Assembly: GCA_033763315.1 (NCBI GenBank)
Contig: JANRKS010000029.1
Location: 32,001 to 96,000, forward strand
From: Deltaproteobacteria bacterium
GTDB lineage: Bacteria > Myxococcota_A > Polyangia > Fen-1088
Direction of reading: 5' to 3'
DNA length: 64,000 bases
Below, piece by piece: positions 1 to 9,253 of this stretch (position 1 is the stretch's first letter; each line of letters starts with the position of its first letter). A model generated the notes under the pieces. It ran no database searches, was not told the origin of the DNA, and saw nothing but the letters and a program-made list of their open reading frames with translations. The translations under genes were made by a program, and so were the position numbers.

Positions 1-3000
1 ACGAACCGCCAGAGCCCTTGGCGCCCGCGATCAGATTCAACGTCTTGCCCCTGTTCTTCTCGTTGCCCATCTGGTGGCACGACAAACAGCCTTTTTCCTG
101 CACGAGCTGTTTGCCGCGTGCCAGTTTCTCCGGTGTGTCCTTGTAGTCTTGCGGCTGCGTTTTCCAACCCATGCGCGTGATGGTGATTTCAAGTTCGACC
201 GCTTCCGCACGCGACAACCTGAAGTTCGGCATCGGGTTCCACGCATAGTGTGCCGCTGGGTTTTGCAGGTACGCGGCCACCGCGCCCTTCGGATATTTCT
301 GCCCCACCGCGCCGAGGCTTAATCGGCCATCGTCGGCGGCGTTGCCCATGTCCGTGTGGCACCCACCGCACAGGTACGTGGTCATCAATGTGCCGTCGAG
401 CTTTTCATTCGAAGTTTTTTCGCGGGCCAGCCGTGCGTCCACTTCGGCGGCCAGCGCCTCTCGTTCTTTGTCGAATTTGCTGTCGCGCAAGGTGCTGAGG
501 TACGCCGCCACAGCGTCCTTGTCGTCTTTGGCGTCCTTTGCAAACAAGCGCGGCATAGACGCGCTGGCCCGGTAGCCTTTGGGATTGGAGATCCACTCGC
601 GCAGCCAGCCGCGGTTGACGCGTGAGCCAATGCCGTCAAGGCTGGGCGCGTCCATTGTCAATTCAGGCGAGGCGCCCGCTGGCATTGTGCCGGCGTGGCA
701 GCGAATGCAGCGGTTCTCGATGAACAGCTCGCGGCTCGACCGTAGGCGCGCAGACTCTGCTATTTGTGGCAACACTTCATGGCGAAACGCATTGGGAGGC
801 ACTGGCTCTAGGGCTTCTGAACCTGGCTTCTCGGTGTTGCTTGCGGCCCACAACAGACGCGCGTGTTCATCGCGTCCACCGGCCGCAACGAACTTCACGC
901 GCACCGGCAGGGGCTGCCCTGTCAAAGCCACCGGCTTGCTGCGGGTGAGCCCCGCCGCCGTGGTCGACAACACAACAGCGCCCTTCACCGTGACTTCCAT
1001 GGGGCCAGAAGCGTCGACGGCCAGCACATAATCACCGGCTTGATCAGACGTGAGCGTGCCTTCCCAGGTCGCCTCGAATGCACCTGGTTGCGTGAAGGCA
1101 CTGGCCGCGCGGCCTTTGCCCACAAACAGCTGCACGCCTTGCGCCACCGTTATGTCGCTGCCACTGCCACTCTTCAGCGTTAAGTTCAAACCCGGCTTGC
1201 CTCGGGCCGCCACGCGCGTGTTGCCGCGCGCGCTCGGGTCGGCAGGCACCACGTGGATCGTGTGAACCACGGACTGCGTGATCGCTGCCCCGTCAGCCGC
1301 TTTGAGTTTGAACTTCAACAGCATTTGGTCCACGGGGCGCAGATCATCGATCTGCACGGTGACCGTGCGGCCATCTTTGGACAAGATGGCGCCGTAAACG
1401 TCGAGGCGATCGTGTCCACGGCGTTCGGGCTCATCCACTGAGAACTCTGGTGATCCGTAGTCCTGCGTGCGGTGGTAATTCCAACGTTCGCCTGAGAAGT
1501 TCTGTGCCACAACCGTTGTGGGATCGAGTGGATGATCAAAGGTCAAGTGCACGCCCGCGCTCGTGACCTTCAGGCCCACCACCGAATGCACCTCCTTGCC
1601 GGTGTAACGAATGCGATCGAATCCCGTCAACGACACGGCGTCTGATTGCCAACCAGAAAGGCCCACAACATAAAGCTGGCCGTCCTTCTCGTTAAAGCGG
1701 CCACGCATCGCCGATGACGTCAGCTTCACCGGTTCTCCGGTCAGTTGCGCGGCGTCAGCGCCGCCCACCAGGCGCACCACGCCGCCCTGCATTTGCTTGC
1801 CCACTTTTTCTTTGAGCACCCGGTAGATCGAAGCGCGGCCATACGACAGGTGCAGCAGCTCGCCTTTAAGCGGTCCCCATTTGTCGCTCGTGACCCACAC
1901 CTGCCCGCCGCCCGAATTGTCGTACGACTTTGGCAACCACGTCAGTGGCTTGTCATGGGCGGGCAGCGGCTTCTTGTGGGCCAGATCTTCCACGCCGTAA
2001 AAGCCGCCCGGTTGCACCCAGTTGATCGGACACGCGGGCATCCACGTGCCCTCGTTGTCGCCCGTGGTGAGTTCACCGTTGGGTCCCACGCCGATGCCAT
2101 TGGGCGCACGAAAGCCCGTGGCCACGATGGTGCGCTTTTTGCCGTCTGCCGAAATCTTGTGAAGGGCGCCGGCCATCGGTGTGACCGTGCCGTTGCCACC
2201 ACCGCCGCCAAAGCCGCGGCCACCCGAGCGCACCGGGCCTGCCTTGGCCGTATAGAAATTGCCCTGCTTGTCGGTTTGCAGATCGAATTGAAATTCGTGA
2301 AAGCCCGGTGAGTTTGTGATCTGGTTGTTGAAGTTCTCGTAGCGATCCGCTTCACCATCGTTGTTCAGATCCGAAAGACGCGTGATTTGATCGCGCCCCG
2401 TGACGTAGACTTGATCCTTCACAATTTTTAGTCCCAAGGGTTCGTAGAGGCCGGAAGCGAACCGCCGCCATTCGAGCTTATCGAGATCAGCGTCGATGCC
2501 TGAGACCACCCACACATCGCCTTCCCACGTTGATACGGCCGCGCGCGTGCCGTCTGAAAAGAAGTCAACGCCTGCAATCATGATGCGGCGGTGAAACACG
2601 TTGTCTTTCCAATCTTCGGGCGCGCCTTTGTAGACGCCTGGATAAGGCGTGGTGATGCGGTCAACCACGTAAGCGCCTGACGATGTGCCCAGGCTGCCTT
2701 TGGTAACGATGGGCTTGGGCCAGTGGGCTTGGCCCCCTTGCGTGAAAGCCGGCATCTGCGCTGCGCCGCCGGCAAGGCTTGCGATGCTTTGCGGCCCTTT
2801 TCCTTGCGGCGCAAACGCCGTGATGATCTTCAACAGCGAAGGCGCTTTCGTTTTCGGCAGAGACAACACGATGCGCCCGTCGCCGGCCTCTTTGATCGCG
2901 GCGCCCGCCGGCGCCCCGACGACCATGACGTGCGTGGTCCCGCGTTCGTCGTCGAAGCTGCGTTCCAAGCCTTCGCCGCGCGCCGCGCCCGGTTTCTGCA

Positions 3001-3712
3001 GATCAAACAAACGCGTGGTCAGTGGTTTGCTGATCGGCGCCAATGACAACGTGCGCACGAACGCCACGTTGGCGTCTTGCTTGGCAACGCTGTTCCATTC
3101 ATTGATCTTCGTTCCGTGAATCGTGTAGGCGAACACCACGTCATTGCCCACGGTGTAAAGGCCATCCCAGCGTGCCCACTTTTCTGGCAGGGGTCCGAAG
3201 GGAATCGAACGAGGATCGGCAAAGCTGCCCCGTTCATCCGCCCAGCCGGGGCCAGGTGCGGTGCCAAATTGAACCGCTCCGGCCACCTGCGGGTGCCCGC
3301 CGTGTGACGTATCGAATGTGACGCCTGTGGCGGTGAGGAACTTGCCGGTCCACGCTGAAGACAGCCGCAACAAGTCCGTATCGAAATTGCACGCGGCTCC
3401 GTCGGCCAGGCGCACGGAGATGCTCTTATTGGTGGTGTTGCCCGCGGGGTAAGGCGCCGTCACGGCGGACGCCTGGAAGGGGAAATCACTTTGGATGGGC
3501 GACCAGCCTTCTTCTTCAACGTCGTGCTGTGGCCGCCCAAGCTCGGTTTGGGCGGGGGGGGCCGCGTTTGGGGCCGGCGGGGCGTTGATCGCCGCGGGTG
3601 CGGCGGCAGGCGACGTCGTGGGCTTGGCGCACGCGCCGAGGGCCAGGACGGACAAACAAAGCGAACGGAAACAGAGGCCGGCGGCCCGAAGTCGGACATA
3701 GCTTAACAACAT
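1..3712 (-). CDS. Large lipoprotein, 3' end outside the window: DUF6797-like N-terminus, beta-propeller (sugar-dehydrogenase-like) region, PA14-like domain and at least three c-type heme motifs
   Basis: Absent from the ORF track because its stop lies outside the window. Hand translation from ATG 3712 gives MLLSYVRLRAAGLCFRSLCLSVLALGAC (lipobox), FDTDLLRLSSAWTGKF, STWEGDVW, FASGLYEPLGL, DLNNDGEAD and WNYHRTQDYGSPE. CIRCH (695-709), CGGCH (356-370) and CLSCH (74-88) are all in the same frame. The track lists no minus-strand ORF in this frame, which fits an uninterrupted frame. Confidence 0.88.
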   Translation of the reverse strand, partial: MLLSYVRLRAAGLCFRSLCLSVLALGACAKPTTSPAAAPAAINAPPAPNAAPPAQTELGRPQHDVEEEGWSPIQSDFPFQASAVTAPYPAGNTTNKSISVRLADGAACNFDTDLLRLSSAWTGKFLTATGVTFDTSHGGHPQVAGAVQFGTAPGPGWADERGSFADPRSIPFGPLPEKWARWDGLYTVGNDVVFAYTIHGTKINEWNSVAKQDANVAFVRTLSLAPISKPLTTRLFDLQKPGAARGEGLERSFDDERGTTHVMVVGAPAGAAIKEAGDGRIVLSLPKTKAPSLLKIITAFAPQGKGPQSIASLAGGAAQMPAFTQGGQAHWPKPIVTKGSLGTSSGAYVVDRITTPYPGVYKGAPEDWKDNVFHRRIMIAGVDFFSDGTRAAVSTWEGDVWVVSGIDADLDKLEWRRFASGLYEPLGLKIVKDQVYVTGRDQITRLSDLNNDGEADRYENFNNQITNSPGFHEFQFDLQTDKQGNFYTAKAGPVRSGGRGFGGGGGNGTVTPMAGALHKISADGKKRTIVATGFRAPNGIGVGPNGELTTGDNEGTWMPACPINWVQPGGFYGVEDLAHKKPLPAHDKPLTWLPKSYDNSGGGQVWVTSDKWGPLKGELLHLSYGRASIYRVLKEKVGKQMQGGVVRLVGGADAAQLTGEPVKLTSSAMRGRFNEKDGQLYVVGLSGWQSDAVSLTGFDRIRYTGKEVHSVVGLKVTSAGVHLTFDHPLDPTTVVAQNFSGERWNYHRTQDYGSPEFSVDEPERRGHDRLDVYGAILSKDGRTVTVQIDDLRPVDQMLLKFKLKAADGAAITQSVVHTIHVVPADPSARGNTRVAARGKPGLNLTLKSGSGSDITVAQGVQLFVGKGRAASAFTQPGAFEATWEGTLTSDQAGDYVLAVDASGPMEVTVKGAVVLSTTAAGLTRSKPVALTGQPLPVRVKFVAAGGRDEHARLLWAASNTEKPGSEALEPVPPNAFRHEVLPQIAESARLRSSRELFIENRCIRCHAGTMPAGASPELTMDAPSLDGIGSRVNRGWLREWISNPKGYRASASMPRLFAKDAKDDKDAVAAYLSTLRDSKFDKEREALAAEVDARLAREKTSNEKLDGTLMTTYLCGGCHTDMGNAADDGRLSLGAVGQKYPKGAVAAYLQNPAAHYAWNPMPNFRLSRAEAVELEITITRMGWKTQPQDYKDTPEKLARGKQLVQEKGCLSCHQMGNEKNRGKTLNLIAGAKGSGGS

Positions 3713-3781
3713 GGGAGTCGTACCTTATCACCAAGGTTGCGCCCCGCAGGCCCATCCTATCCTCCGGTGAGAGCTAGACCA

Positions 3782-3810
3782 CGCAGGGCGCTGTTTTTTT
3801 TGCGCCTGCG
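3782..3810. terminator. Inverted repeat just downstream of the isocitrate dehydrogenase stop; possible terminator or stabilising hairpin
   Basis: CGCAGGGCGC-TGTTTTTTTT-GCGCCTGCG forms a 9-bp stem with one bulge. There is no U-tract after the stem on the minus strand. Confidence 0.35.
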
Positions 3811-3821
3811 ACCGCCAACGG

Positions 3822-4832
3822 TCACTCCGATAAGAACTGAATGACGCGCTTCGTAAAGTCCATGGTGCCGCTGCGGCCGCCTATGTCGACGGTGGTGTGT
3901 TGACCTTCCGCGATCGTTGCCCGGATCGCCCGTTCCAAACGCTGACCTCGCTCCCGCTGCCCTAAGCGATCGAGCATCATGGCGCCCGCCAACATCACCG
4001 CGGTGGGATTGGCCTTGCCTTGCCCCGCGATGTCCGGTGCGGTGCCATGCACGGCCTCGAAGATAGCCGCGGTCTCACCGATGTTGGCGCCAGCGGTCAG
4101 CCCCAAGCCACCCACCAAGCCCGCCGTCAGATCCGAGAGGATGTCGCCAAACAGGTTCGTCGTCACGATGACGTCAAACCGTGACGGATCCCTCACCAAC
4201 TGCATGGCGCAGTTATCGACGATGATGTCCTCGAAGGTGATCTCGGGGTAAAGCCGGGCGATTTCGCGGCCTGTCTCCAAAAACAACCCCGACGTCATCT
4301 TTAAGATGTTGGCCTTATGAACCAACGTGACCTTCTTTCGCCCCGCCGCGCGCGCGTGCTCAAAGGCGAAGCGAATGATGCGATCAGAGCCGAACTTCGT
4401 AATGATGCTGATCGATTCAGCGGCGCTGCGGGTTGGATCGATGTAATGCTCGATGCCCACGTATTCGCCCTGCGTGTTTTCGCGCACTACAAACAGATCC
4501 ACCGCTTCATAACGGTTCTTGATGCCATCAAAGCGGCGCGCGGGCCGCAGGTTGGCGTACAGATCGAACTCGAGCCGCAGCGAAACGTTCACGCTTTTGT
4601 AACCGCCGCCAATGGGCGTGGCCAACGGGCCCTTGAGGCAGATCTGGTTGGCGCGAATGGACGCCAACGTGGCTTCGGGCAAGGGCGCGCCATGTTTAGG
4701 CACAGCCCCGGCCCCGGCGTCTTGCGGATCCCATTCAATCGCGGCGCCCGTGGCCTCGATGGCTTGCACGGCGGCGTCCACTACCTCAGGCCCAATGCCA
4801 TCGCCCCGGATCAACGTAACTTTGGTTGCCAT
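3822..4832 (-). CDS. icd: Isocitrate/isopropylmalate dehydrogenase family, probably NAD-dependent isocitrate dehydrogenase
   Basis: Motifs [48 protein letters not shown] and [13 protein letters not shown]; 336 aa. Confidence 0.88.
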   Translation of the reverse strand: MATKVTLIRGDGIGPEVVDAAVQAIEATGAAIEWDPQDAGAGAVPKHGAPLPEATLASIRANQICLKGPLATPIGGGYKSVNVSLRLEFDLYANLRPARRFDGIKNRYEAVDLFVVRENTQGEYVGIEHYIDPTRSAAESISIITKFGSDRIIRFAFEHARAAGRKKVTLVHKANILKMTSGLFLETGREIARLYPEITFEDIIVDNCAMQLVRDPSRFDVIVTTNLFGDILSDLTAGLVGGLGLTAGANIGETAAIFEAVHGTAPDIAGQGKANPTAVMLAGAMMLDRLGQRERGQRLERAIRATIAEGQHTTVDIGGRSGTMDFTKRVIQFLSE

Positions 4833-4905
4833 GTCGGCTTCCTAGTATAGGTGAGTTCCGCATCCTTCGGATGTTTTGGTATGACAGCTTCAGAAAGCGA
4901 AAATC

Positions 4906-7236
4906 TTGCTGGTTCCCCAAACACACCTTGAGTTCCTCGATTGGCCTGCGGTGCTCGAACGCCTTTCAGCCGGTGCGCATTCAGAGCGTGGCCGCGCCGC
5001 CTGCCGTGCTTTGTTGCCGCTGGCAAACGCCGACGAAGCACGCCAGCGGGCACAGGTGGTGGCGGAACTGATGGCGATCTTGCGCCACGAAGGCCGCATG
5101 CCTTCGCTTGCGTTCCCCGAGATCGAGCCCTACTTGAAGCTGGCCGGGCAGGGTGGCGTTTTGGGAGCGGAAGAGCTCAGTAAATTGGGCGTTTTTTGTG
5201 ACATCGGCGCCAGCGCACGTCGCTTCTTTTCCCGCTTTTCACCAGGCGCGCCAACGCTGCAAGCGGCGAGCGTGTGGGGCGTGGCCGGTCAGTTGGGCGA
5301 GTGGGATGAGCTCGGCCGGGTGGCGCGTGAAACGTTCGATGCCGCGGGTGAAATTCGCGATAGCGCCTCACCTGAATTGGCGCGCTTGCGCCGCGAGCGC
5401 GATGCTTTGGCCGCCCGCGTGCGCAGCAAGGCCGAAGAGCTGCTGCTGTCGCAAGACTTTGATCCGATCTTACAGGATCGTTTTGTCACCCAGCGAGGCG
5501 ATCGATTTGTGTTGCCGGTCAAAGCCTCGTTCAAATCGATGGGCTTGGGCATCGTGCACGATACGTCTCGCACGGGCGAAACCGTGTTCATCGAGCCCAC
5601 GCAGCTGGTTGAACTCAACAACCGCCTCAAGGTGATCGAGCTTGAGATCCGCCACGAATGCCGGCGCATCCTCGAAGAGCTTTCGTCGTTGGTGTCGCAA
5701 TCGGCGGGCGGGCTGCGGGCTGATCTAGAAACGCTGGCGCAGCTGGATCTTTTTGTGGCGATGGCTCGCTATGGCGTGGCTTGTGACGCTTCGGCGCCCA
5801 CGTTGGTCAAAGACGCGGTGATCGATCTGCGCGATCTGCGCCATCCGTTGCTCGTGATGCGCGCCCAAAGCGAAGGCTTTGCGGTTGTGTCCAACGAATT
5901 GCATCTGGGTGGTGCCGACAACGCACGCCTGTTGGTGGTGAGCGGCCCCAATGCGGGCGGCAAAACTGTGTTGCTCAAGGCCGTGGGCTTGGCCGTGTTG
6001 GCGGCGCGCGTGGGTTTGCCTGTGCCGGCGGCTCCGCAAAGCAAAATTGGTGTGTTCGCCGCTGTGTTGGCTGACATCGGGGATCAGCAATCTGTTCTGG
6101 GAGATCTCTCGACGTTTTCGGCACACTTGGGAAACCTTGCAGGTATCTTGGACACTGTGGCTGAGGCGTTCCCTGCGCCGGTGCTGGTGTTGTGTGATGA
6201 GTTGATGGCCGGCACGAACCCCGATCAAGGCGCGGCGTTGGCGCGCGCGTGTCTTGAACGTTTGGCCGAAGGCAACGCGGTGGGCGTGTGCACCACACAC
6301 TACGATGCGCTCAAGGCGTTGGCCGACAACGATGGCCGCTTTCGCAACGCCGGCATGGAATACGATATGGAGCACCTGCGGCCCACCTTCCGTTTGCGCG
6401 ACGGCCAGCCTGGGCGCAGTTACGCACTGGACATCGCCGCGCGCATGGGTTTGCCTGAGCCCGTGCTCACGCGTGCGCGCGAATTGGTGGGCGCGACTTC
6501 AGCTGGCCTAGAAGAGGTGCTGCGTGATCTCGAAAACCGTGAAGCCACTTTGGCCCAGCAAGAAGCCGCGCTTGTGCGGGCGCGTGAGCAACTGGAGCGC
6601 CAAGTAGAAAAAGAGCAGCGAGCCGCGCAAGCCTTGGCCGCGCGCGAACGCGAGCTTGCCACGAAAACACGCGAGACGATCGAAGGCGCCGTCAAAGAAA
6701 CGCGTGAAGCTTTGCGGGACATCCTGCGCACGGCACGGCAAGAGGCGAGTACACAAGGGGCAGGGAAAGCCGTGTCGGCGGCGCAGGCGGAGTTGGCGCG
6801 CAAGGCGGCGGAAGCCACGCAAGATTTGCCCGCACAAACGGCACTCGATTTGGAGAAGCTCAAATCAGCGTGGGCGAAACGCGGCATGAAGGGCCTATCA
6901 AACGCGATGGCCGCAGGTAAGGCGATGAAAACAAATCCCACGCCCGCCGCACCGGTGGAAGACGACGCCCTCGGCATCTTGATGCGCGGACGCGGCCATA
7001 CCATTGATGTTCGGGGCATGCGCGTGGATGAAGCTTTGGCGTTCGTTGAGTCGCGTTTGGATGAGGCCGTGTTAAACGGCGCGGATGCTGCGTTTGTGAT
7101 TCACGGGTATGGCAGTGGAGCGCTTCGCAAAGCCGTGCGCGAGTACCTGACGTTGTCGCCCGCGGTGGGGCGGCAGCGTCCCGGCCTGCGCGAAGAAGGC
7201 GGCGACGGCGTGACCGTGGCGGTGTTGCGCGGTTAA
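4906..7236 (+). CDS. mutS2: MutS2 family ATPase with C-terminal Smr domain
   Basis: LEF N-terminus, GIVHDTSRTGETVFIEP, Walker A SGPNAGGKT, DIGDQQS/STFSAH, DELMAGTNP, TTHY, a coiled coil, and Smr motifs IDVRG and IHGYGSGALR. The TTG start is uncertain. Confidence 0.93.
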   Translation: MLVPQTHLEFLDWPAVLERLSAGAHSERGRAACRALLPLANADEARQRAQVVAELMAILRHEGRMPSLAFPEIEPYLKLAGQGGVLGAEELSKLGVFCDIGASARRFFSRFSPGAPTLQAASVWGVAGQLGEWDELGRVARETFDAAGEIRDSASPELARLRRERDALAARVRSKAEELLLSQDFDPILQDRFVTQRGDRFVLPVKASFKSMGLGIVHDTSRTGETVFIEPTQLVELNNRLKVIELEIRHECRRILEELSSLVSQSAGGLRADLETLAQLDLFVAMARYGVACDASAPTLVKDAVIDLRDLRHPLLVMRAQSEGFAVVSNELHLGGADNARLLVVSGPNAGGKTVLLKAVGLAVLAARVGLPVPAAPQSKIGVFAAVLADIGDQQSVLGDLSTFSAHLGNLAGILDTVAEAFPAPVLVLCDELMAGTNPDQGAALARACLERLAEGNAVGVCTTHYDALKALADNDGRFRNAGMEYDMEHLRPTFRLRDGQPGRSYALDIAARMGLPEPVLTRARELVGATSAGLEEVLRDLENREATLAQQEAALVRAREQLERQVEKEQRAAQALAARERELATKTRETIEGAVKETREALRDILRTARQEASTQGAGKAVSAAQAELARKAAEATQDLPAQTALDLEKLKSAWAKRGMKGLSNAMAAGKAMKTNPTPAAPVEDDALGILMRGRGHTIDVRGMRVDEALAFVESRLDEAVLNGADAAFVIHGYGSGALRKAVREYLTLSPAVGRQRPGLREEGGDGVTVAVLRG

Positions 7237-7303
7237 TTGCCGCAAGCGTCATCATATTCATCCCACGCCCGCGCTGAACCGACTATTATCGCGGCCGTTT
7301 TCC

Positions 7304-9253
7304 GTGTTTTCCTTACGCTTGCATAAATTTCTAACAGCCCTTGCGGCGCTCGTGGCCGCGGGCCCGGGCGGCGTGGCGACGGCTTGGCTTTACCAAATGT
7401 TCGCGGGCCGCGTGCGATTCCCGGTGGATCTCGAATGGATGGAAGGCGGCGTTTTGGTGCATGCGCTGCGCTTGTCGCAAGGGCAACCGATCTACGTGCC
7501 GCCTTCTGTGGACTTCATCCCGTTTCTTTATACGCCTGGTTACCCGCGGCTCTTGGCGTGGCTGTCGCACGTTTTTCCCTTGGGCTACACCTTGGGTCGC
7601 GTGGTGTCTGTGGCGGCGTTCAGCTTGACTCTGGCGTGTGGCGTGGCTTTGGCGGTGTGGCCTTTGCGCCGTGAGGCGCGTGACGACGTTTGGTGGGCCC
7701 GCGGCGTGGCGGCCGCGATGGCTTTGGGCGCGGCAGGTTTCATCGCCTCCAGCTTCACATTCACCGGCACGTTTTATGATCTGGTACGCAGTGATTCGTT
7801 GATGATCTGCCTGGTCACGTTTGCCATGTCGTTGGCCTTCGTTGGCCGCGGCTGGCCGTCCGCCGCCGCAGCGGGCGCGTTGGTGGCTCTCGCTTTTCTA
7901 ACCAAGCAAACGGCATCGTTGATGGGCATTGCGCTTGGCGTGGCCTTGCTCGCGGTGGCCTGGCGGCGTGCGCTTGTGTACGGCGGCGTGGCGGCGTTCG
8001 TTTTGGCGGCCGGACTTGGGTATCTGCAGTGGCAAAGCGGCGGTTGGTTTTGGACGTACGTTTTTGAGTTGCACCAGAGCCACGCGTTCAACCAACGCCT
8101 GGCTTTCGTTGAAACGCCCGTGCGGTTGCTGCGTTTTGCGGGGCCGCTTTACGCCGCGCTGGCGGTATCTGTTGTGGGCCTCGCTTTGGGAAAACGGCTG
8201 CAGCGCTATGACCTGGTTCCCCTGTTGTTGGCGATCGCGGGCGTTGTGGCTTCGTGCGTGGGCTTTGGTACGCAGTGGGCTTTCGACAACGCCTTCATTC
8301 CGGCGGTTGTGTTTCCCGCCTTGGCCACAGCCACCTTAGCGGCGCGCCTGGTGTCCGTGGCGCCCACGCGGGTGGGGGCGGCGGCGGTATCCTTGTGTGT
8401 GGCGGCTTGTATCGGCTACGGCACGGTCAAACAGGGAATGCCCGATAAAAATGCATTGGTTCCGTCAAGCGTCGACCGCCGCGCGGCCCGACGCATGATT
8501 GCAACGATCGCCGCCTTGCCAGGCGACGGCTTCATTCCCTTTCATCCCTATTACGCTGTGCTGGCGGGCAAGAAGCCTTATGTGCACCGCATGGGCGTGA
8601 TGGATGTGGCAGCCAAGCTAGGACGACCGGCAGGCCTTGATGAAACGCTGGCCCAGGGCAAGTTCAACTTCGTTGTGTTGGATTGGAAGTCGCGCCCCTA
8701 TGAATGGACGGCGCTTGAAACGCGCTATTTTGTGGCCAAAGACATGACGGAAGGCATCGATTCAGTCCGCATGTTCTCTGGCGCGCAGACTTCGCCCCGG
8801 CACTTGCTATTGCCGCTGCGGCCATCGTCGCAACTTCCCGCGGGTGCGCGGCTGCTTTACGACTTTGAAAGCGGCGACTTTGATGGCTGGCAAACCGAAG
8901 GTGCGGCGTTTGGGTCGGCCCCGGGTGCCGCCACACCCACCACGTTTGGACGTTTCGCAGCGTCTTCCTTGTCGAATGGTTCGGCGGCCGTTGGCATTTT
9001 GCGGTCGCCACCCTTCGTGGTCACCGGAACGGCTTTGCGCTTTTGGCTTGAAGGCTCACGCGATGCGAGGTTGCGCGTCACCTTGCTCGTTGGCCCGGAG
9101 GTTGTGCGGTCGGCGTCGCCCGGCGAGCAAGGGCAATGGATCACCTGGCAAACCGACGACCTTATTGGCCAATCCGCTGTGATGATGGTGCAGGACGATT
9201 CGCCCGCCGCCGGCCTCACGATTGATGATGTGCAGACCTTGGGTGCGCCCTAA
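7304..9253 (+). CDS. Polytopic GT-C (PMT/ArnT-like) glycosyltransferase with a C-terminal soluble beta-sandwich domain
   Basis: About 11 hydrophobic segments with EWMEGG, YTPGYP, RSD and TKQT motifs. The C-terminal domain begins LYDFESGDFDGWQTEGAAFG. Confidence 0.7.
   Translation: MFSLRLHKFLTALAALVAAGPGGVATAWLYQMFAGRVRFPVDLEWMEGGVLVHALRLSQGQPIYVPPSVDFIPFLYTPGYPRLLAWLSHVFPLGYTLGRVVSVAAFSLTLACGVALAVWPLRREARDDVWWARGVAAAMALGAAGFIASSFTFTGTFYDLVRSDSLMICLVTFAMSLAFVGRGWPSAAAAGALVALAFLTKQTASLMGIALGVALLAVAWRRALVYGGVAAFVLAAGLGYLQWQSGGWFWTYVFELHQSHAFNQRLAFVETPVRLLRFAGPLYAALAVSVVGLALGKRLQRYDLVPLLLAIAGVVASCVGFGTQWAFDNAFIPAVVFPALATATLAARLVSVAPTRVGAAAVSLCVAACIGYGTVKQGMPDKNALVPSSVDRRAARRMIATIAALPGDGFIPFHPYYAVLAGKKPYVHRMGVMDVAAKLGRPAGLDETLAQGKFNFVVLDWKSRPYEWTALETRYFVAKDMTEGIDSVRMFSGAQTSPRHLLLPLRPSSQLPAGARLLYDFESGDFDGWQTEGAAFGSAPGAATPTTFGRFAASSLSNGSAAVGILRSPPFVVTGTALRFWLEGSRDARLRVTLLVGPEVVRSASPGEQGQWITWQTDDLIGQSAVMMVQDDSPAAGLTIDDVQTLGAP

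Noticed and set aside
1-3700. Many short ORFs in the track across 1-3700
   Set aside because: They are shadows of the single long minus-strand CDS that runs off the window.
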